Translations under genes and position numbers: made by a program | Notes under the pieces: generated by a model | Told to the model about the DNA's origin: nothing | The model's database searches: none | What the model saw: the letters and a program-made list of their open reading frames with translations, nothing else | Source: the human T2T-CHM13v2.0 reference genome, Homo sapiens | Length of the DNA: 64,000 nt | NCBI RefSeq assembly: GCF_009914755.1 | Contig: NC_060947.1 | Reading direction: 5' to 3' (one strand) | In this document: positions 62,265 to 64,000 of the stretch, piece by piece | How positions within the stretch are numbered: position 1 is the first letter of the stretch | Layout: each line of letters opens with the position of its first letter

Positions 62265-63653
62265 AAAGGAATATGTATTTTGCAGCTGTTGGATGAAATG
62301 TTCTGTCAATATCTGTTAGGTCCATTTGGTCTATAGTGCAGATTGAGTCCAATATTTCCTTTTTGATTGTCTGTATGGATGATTTGTCCAATGCTGAAAG
62401 TGGGCTGTTTGCATTTCCAGCTATTATTGTATTGGGGCCTATCTCTTTCTTCAGCTCTAATATTCACTTTATATATTTGAGTGCTCCAATGCTGGGTGTA
62501 CATATATTTAAATTCATTATTAATATATACTCTTACTGAATTGACCACTTTATCATTATATAGTGACCCTCTTTGTCTCTTCTCATAGTTTTGATTTTGA
62601 ACTATATTTTATCTTATACAGGTATAGCTACTCCTGTGCTTTTTTGGTGTCCATTGGCATGGAACATCTTTTTCTATTCTTTTGTTTTCAGTCTGCATGT
62701 TTCTTCATAGGCTAAGTGTGTTTCTTGTATGTAGCAAATTATTGGGTCTTGGTTTTTTAATCCATTCCGCCACTTCAAGGCTTTTGATTAGAGATTTTAG
62801 TCCATTTACATTCAATGTTATTAATAAGTATGGGCTTACTCCCACCATTTTGTTATTTGTTTTCTGGTCGTTTGTTATCTTCTCCTTTTTGTTTCCTTTT
62901 TTCCTGCCTTCCTTTTAGGGAAGGTGATTTTCTCTTTTAGATTTTAATTTCCTGATCTTTATTTTTTATGCCTTCATTGAATGTTTTTTGATTCGAGGTT
63001 ACCATGGGGCTTGAAAATTGTATCTTATAATCCATTGTTTTAAGCTGATAACAACTTAAAACTTTTCCATAAACAAACTAGCAAGCAGGAAGAAAACTAA
63101 TAAAGACTCTACACCTTGTCTTCATCTCTCTTCTTCTCAACTTTTTGTTGTTTCTAATTTTTATCACATTGTACTATCTATGCCTTAAAAAGTTGTTGTA
63201 CAGTTACATTGTTGTAATATTCTGTGTTTTTATGTATACTTACCCATGAGTTTTGTATCTTGAGGTGATTTCTCATTGCTCAAAAATGTCTTTTCCTTTC
63301 AGGTGGAAGAACTCCCTTTAGCATTTCTTGCATGGCAGGTCTGGTTTTGATGAAATCCCTGAGCTAATTATTTATTTATTTATTTGTCTGGGGAAGTTTT
63401 TATTTCTTTGTCATATTTGAAGTATATTTTCACAAGATATACTATTCTAGTGTAGAAGTTTTTTTCCTTCAGCATTTTAAATATGTCACCTCATTCTCTC
63501 CTGGCCTGTAAGGCTTCCACTGAAAAGTTTGCTGCCAGATGTATTGGTGCTCCATTGTATGTTATTTGTTTCTTTTCTCTTGCTGCTTTTAGGATCCTTT
63601 CTTTGTCCTTGATCTTTGTAAATTTGATTATTAAATGTATTGAGGTAGTCTTC

Positions 63654-63820
63654 TGATATGGTTTGGTGCTGTGTTTCCACCCAAATATCACCTTGAATTG
63701 TAATAATCCTCACGTGTCAAGGGCAGGACCAGGTGGAGATAACTAAATTATGGGGGTAGTTTCCCCCATGCTGTTTTTGTGATAGTGAGTGAATTTTTAA
63801 GTGATCTGATTTTTTTATTT
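63654..63820 (+). mobile_element. THE1D-like LTR, 5' half only
   Basis: tgatatggtttggtgctgtgtttccacccaaatatcaccttgaattgtaa; similarity stops near 63820. Confidence 0.85.
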
Positions 63821-64000
63821 CAAAGAATTTGTAATGTATGCATATGTAATAAAACAAGATATAAGCTTGTGACTCCAAAGCAATTTGATTGGTTCTCATG
63901 GATGCCTTACATATATCAAAGTCATTATTCTGGAGTTTGATTGTTCAATATATATTGTATCCCCATCTTCAAGGAACCCACAGTCCAGTAGAGAAAAGAC

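Overview
Primate (most likely human or hominoid) genomic DNA, AT-rich and made almost entirely of interspersed repeats. I found no host protein-coding exon, RNA gene or CRISPR array. All long ORFs in the track are fragments of LINE-1 ORF1/ORF2, MaLR (THE1/MST) internal ORFs or the Tigger1 transposase. The centre (about 18.95-42.7 kb) is a same-strand, four-level nest with target-site duplications (TSDs) readable at the three inner levels: old L1MA > full-length L1PB > full-length L1PA4/5-like > a HERV-H/LTR7 transcript retrocopied by L1 (no U5, poly(A) tail, 14-bp TSD). The window also holds several mechanistic scars: a templated fold-back repair junction deleting part of an L1PA 5'UTR, a twin-primed inverted L1PB, a probable 3' transduction of an older MaLR LTR, a duplication-inversion-duplication at 56-57 kb, an L1PA insertion with target-site deletion, and a near-consensus AluYc1-like copy. 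I do not see a new biological system; the interesting items are locus-specific examples of known mechanisms. Subfamily names come from remembered consensus motifs, boundaries of old elements are approximate, and both need RepeatMasker/Dfam confirmation.
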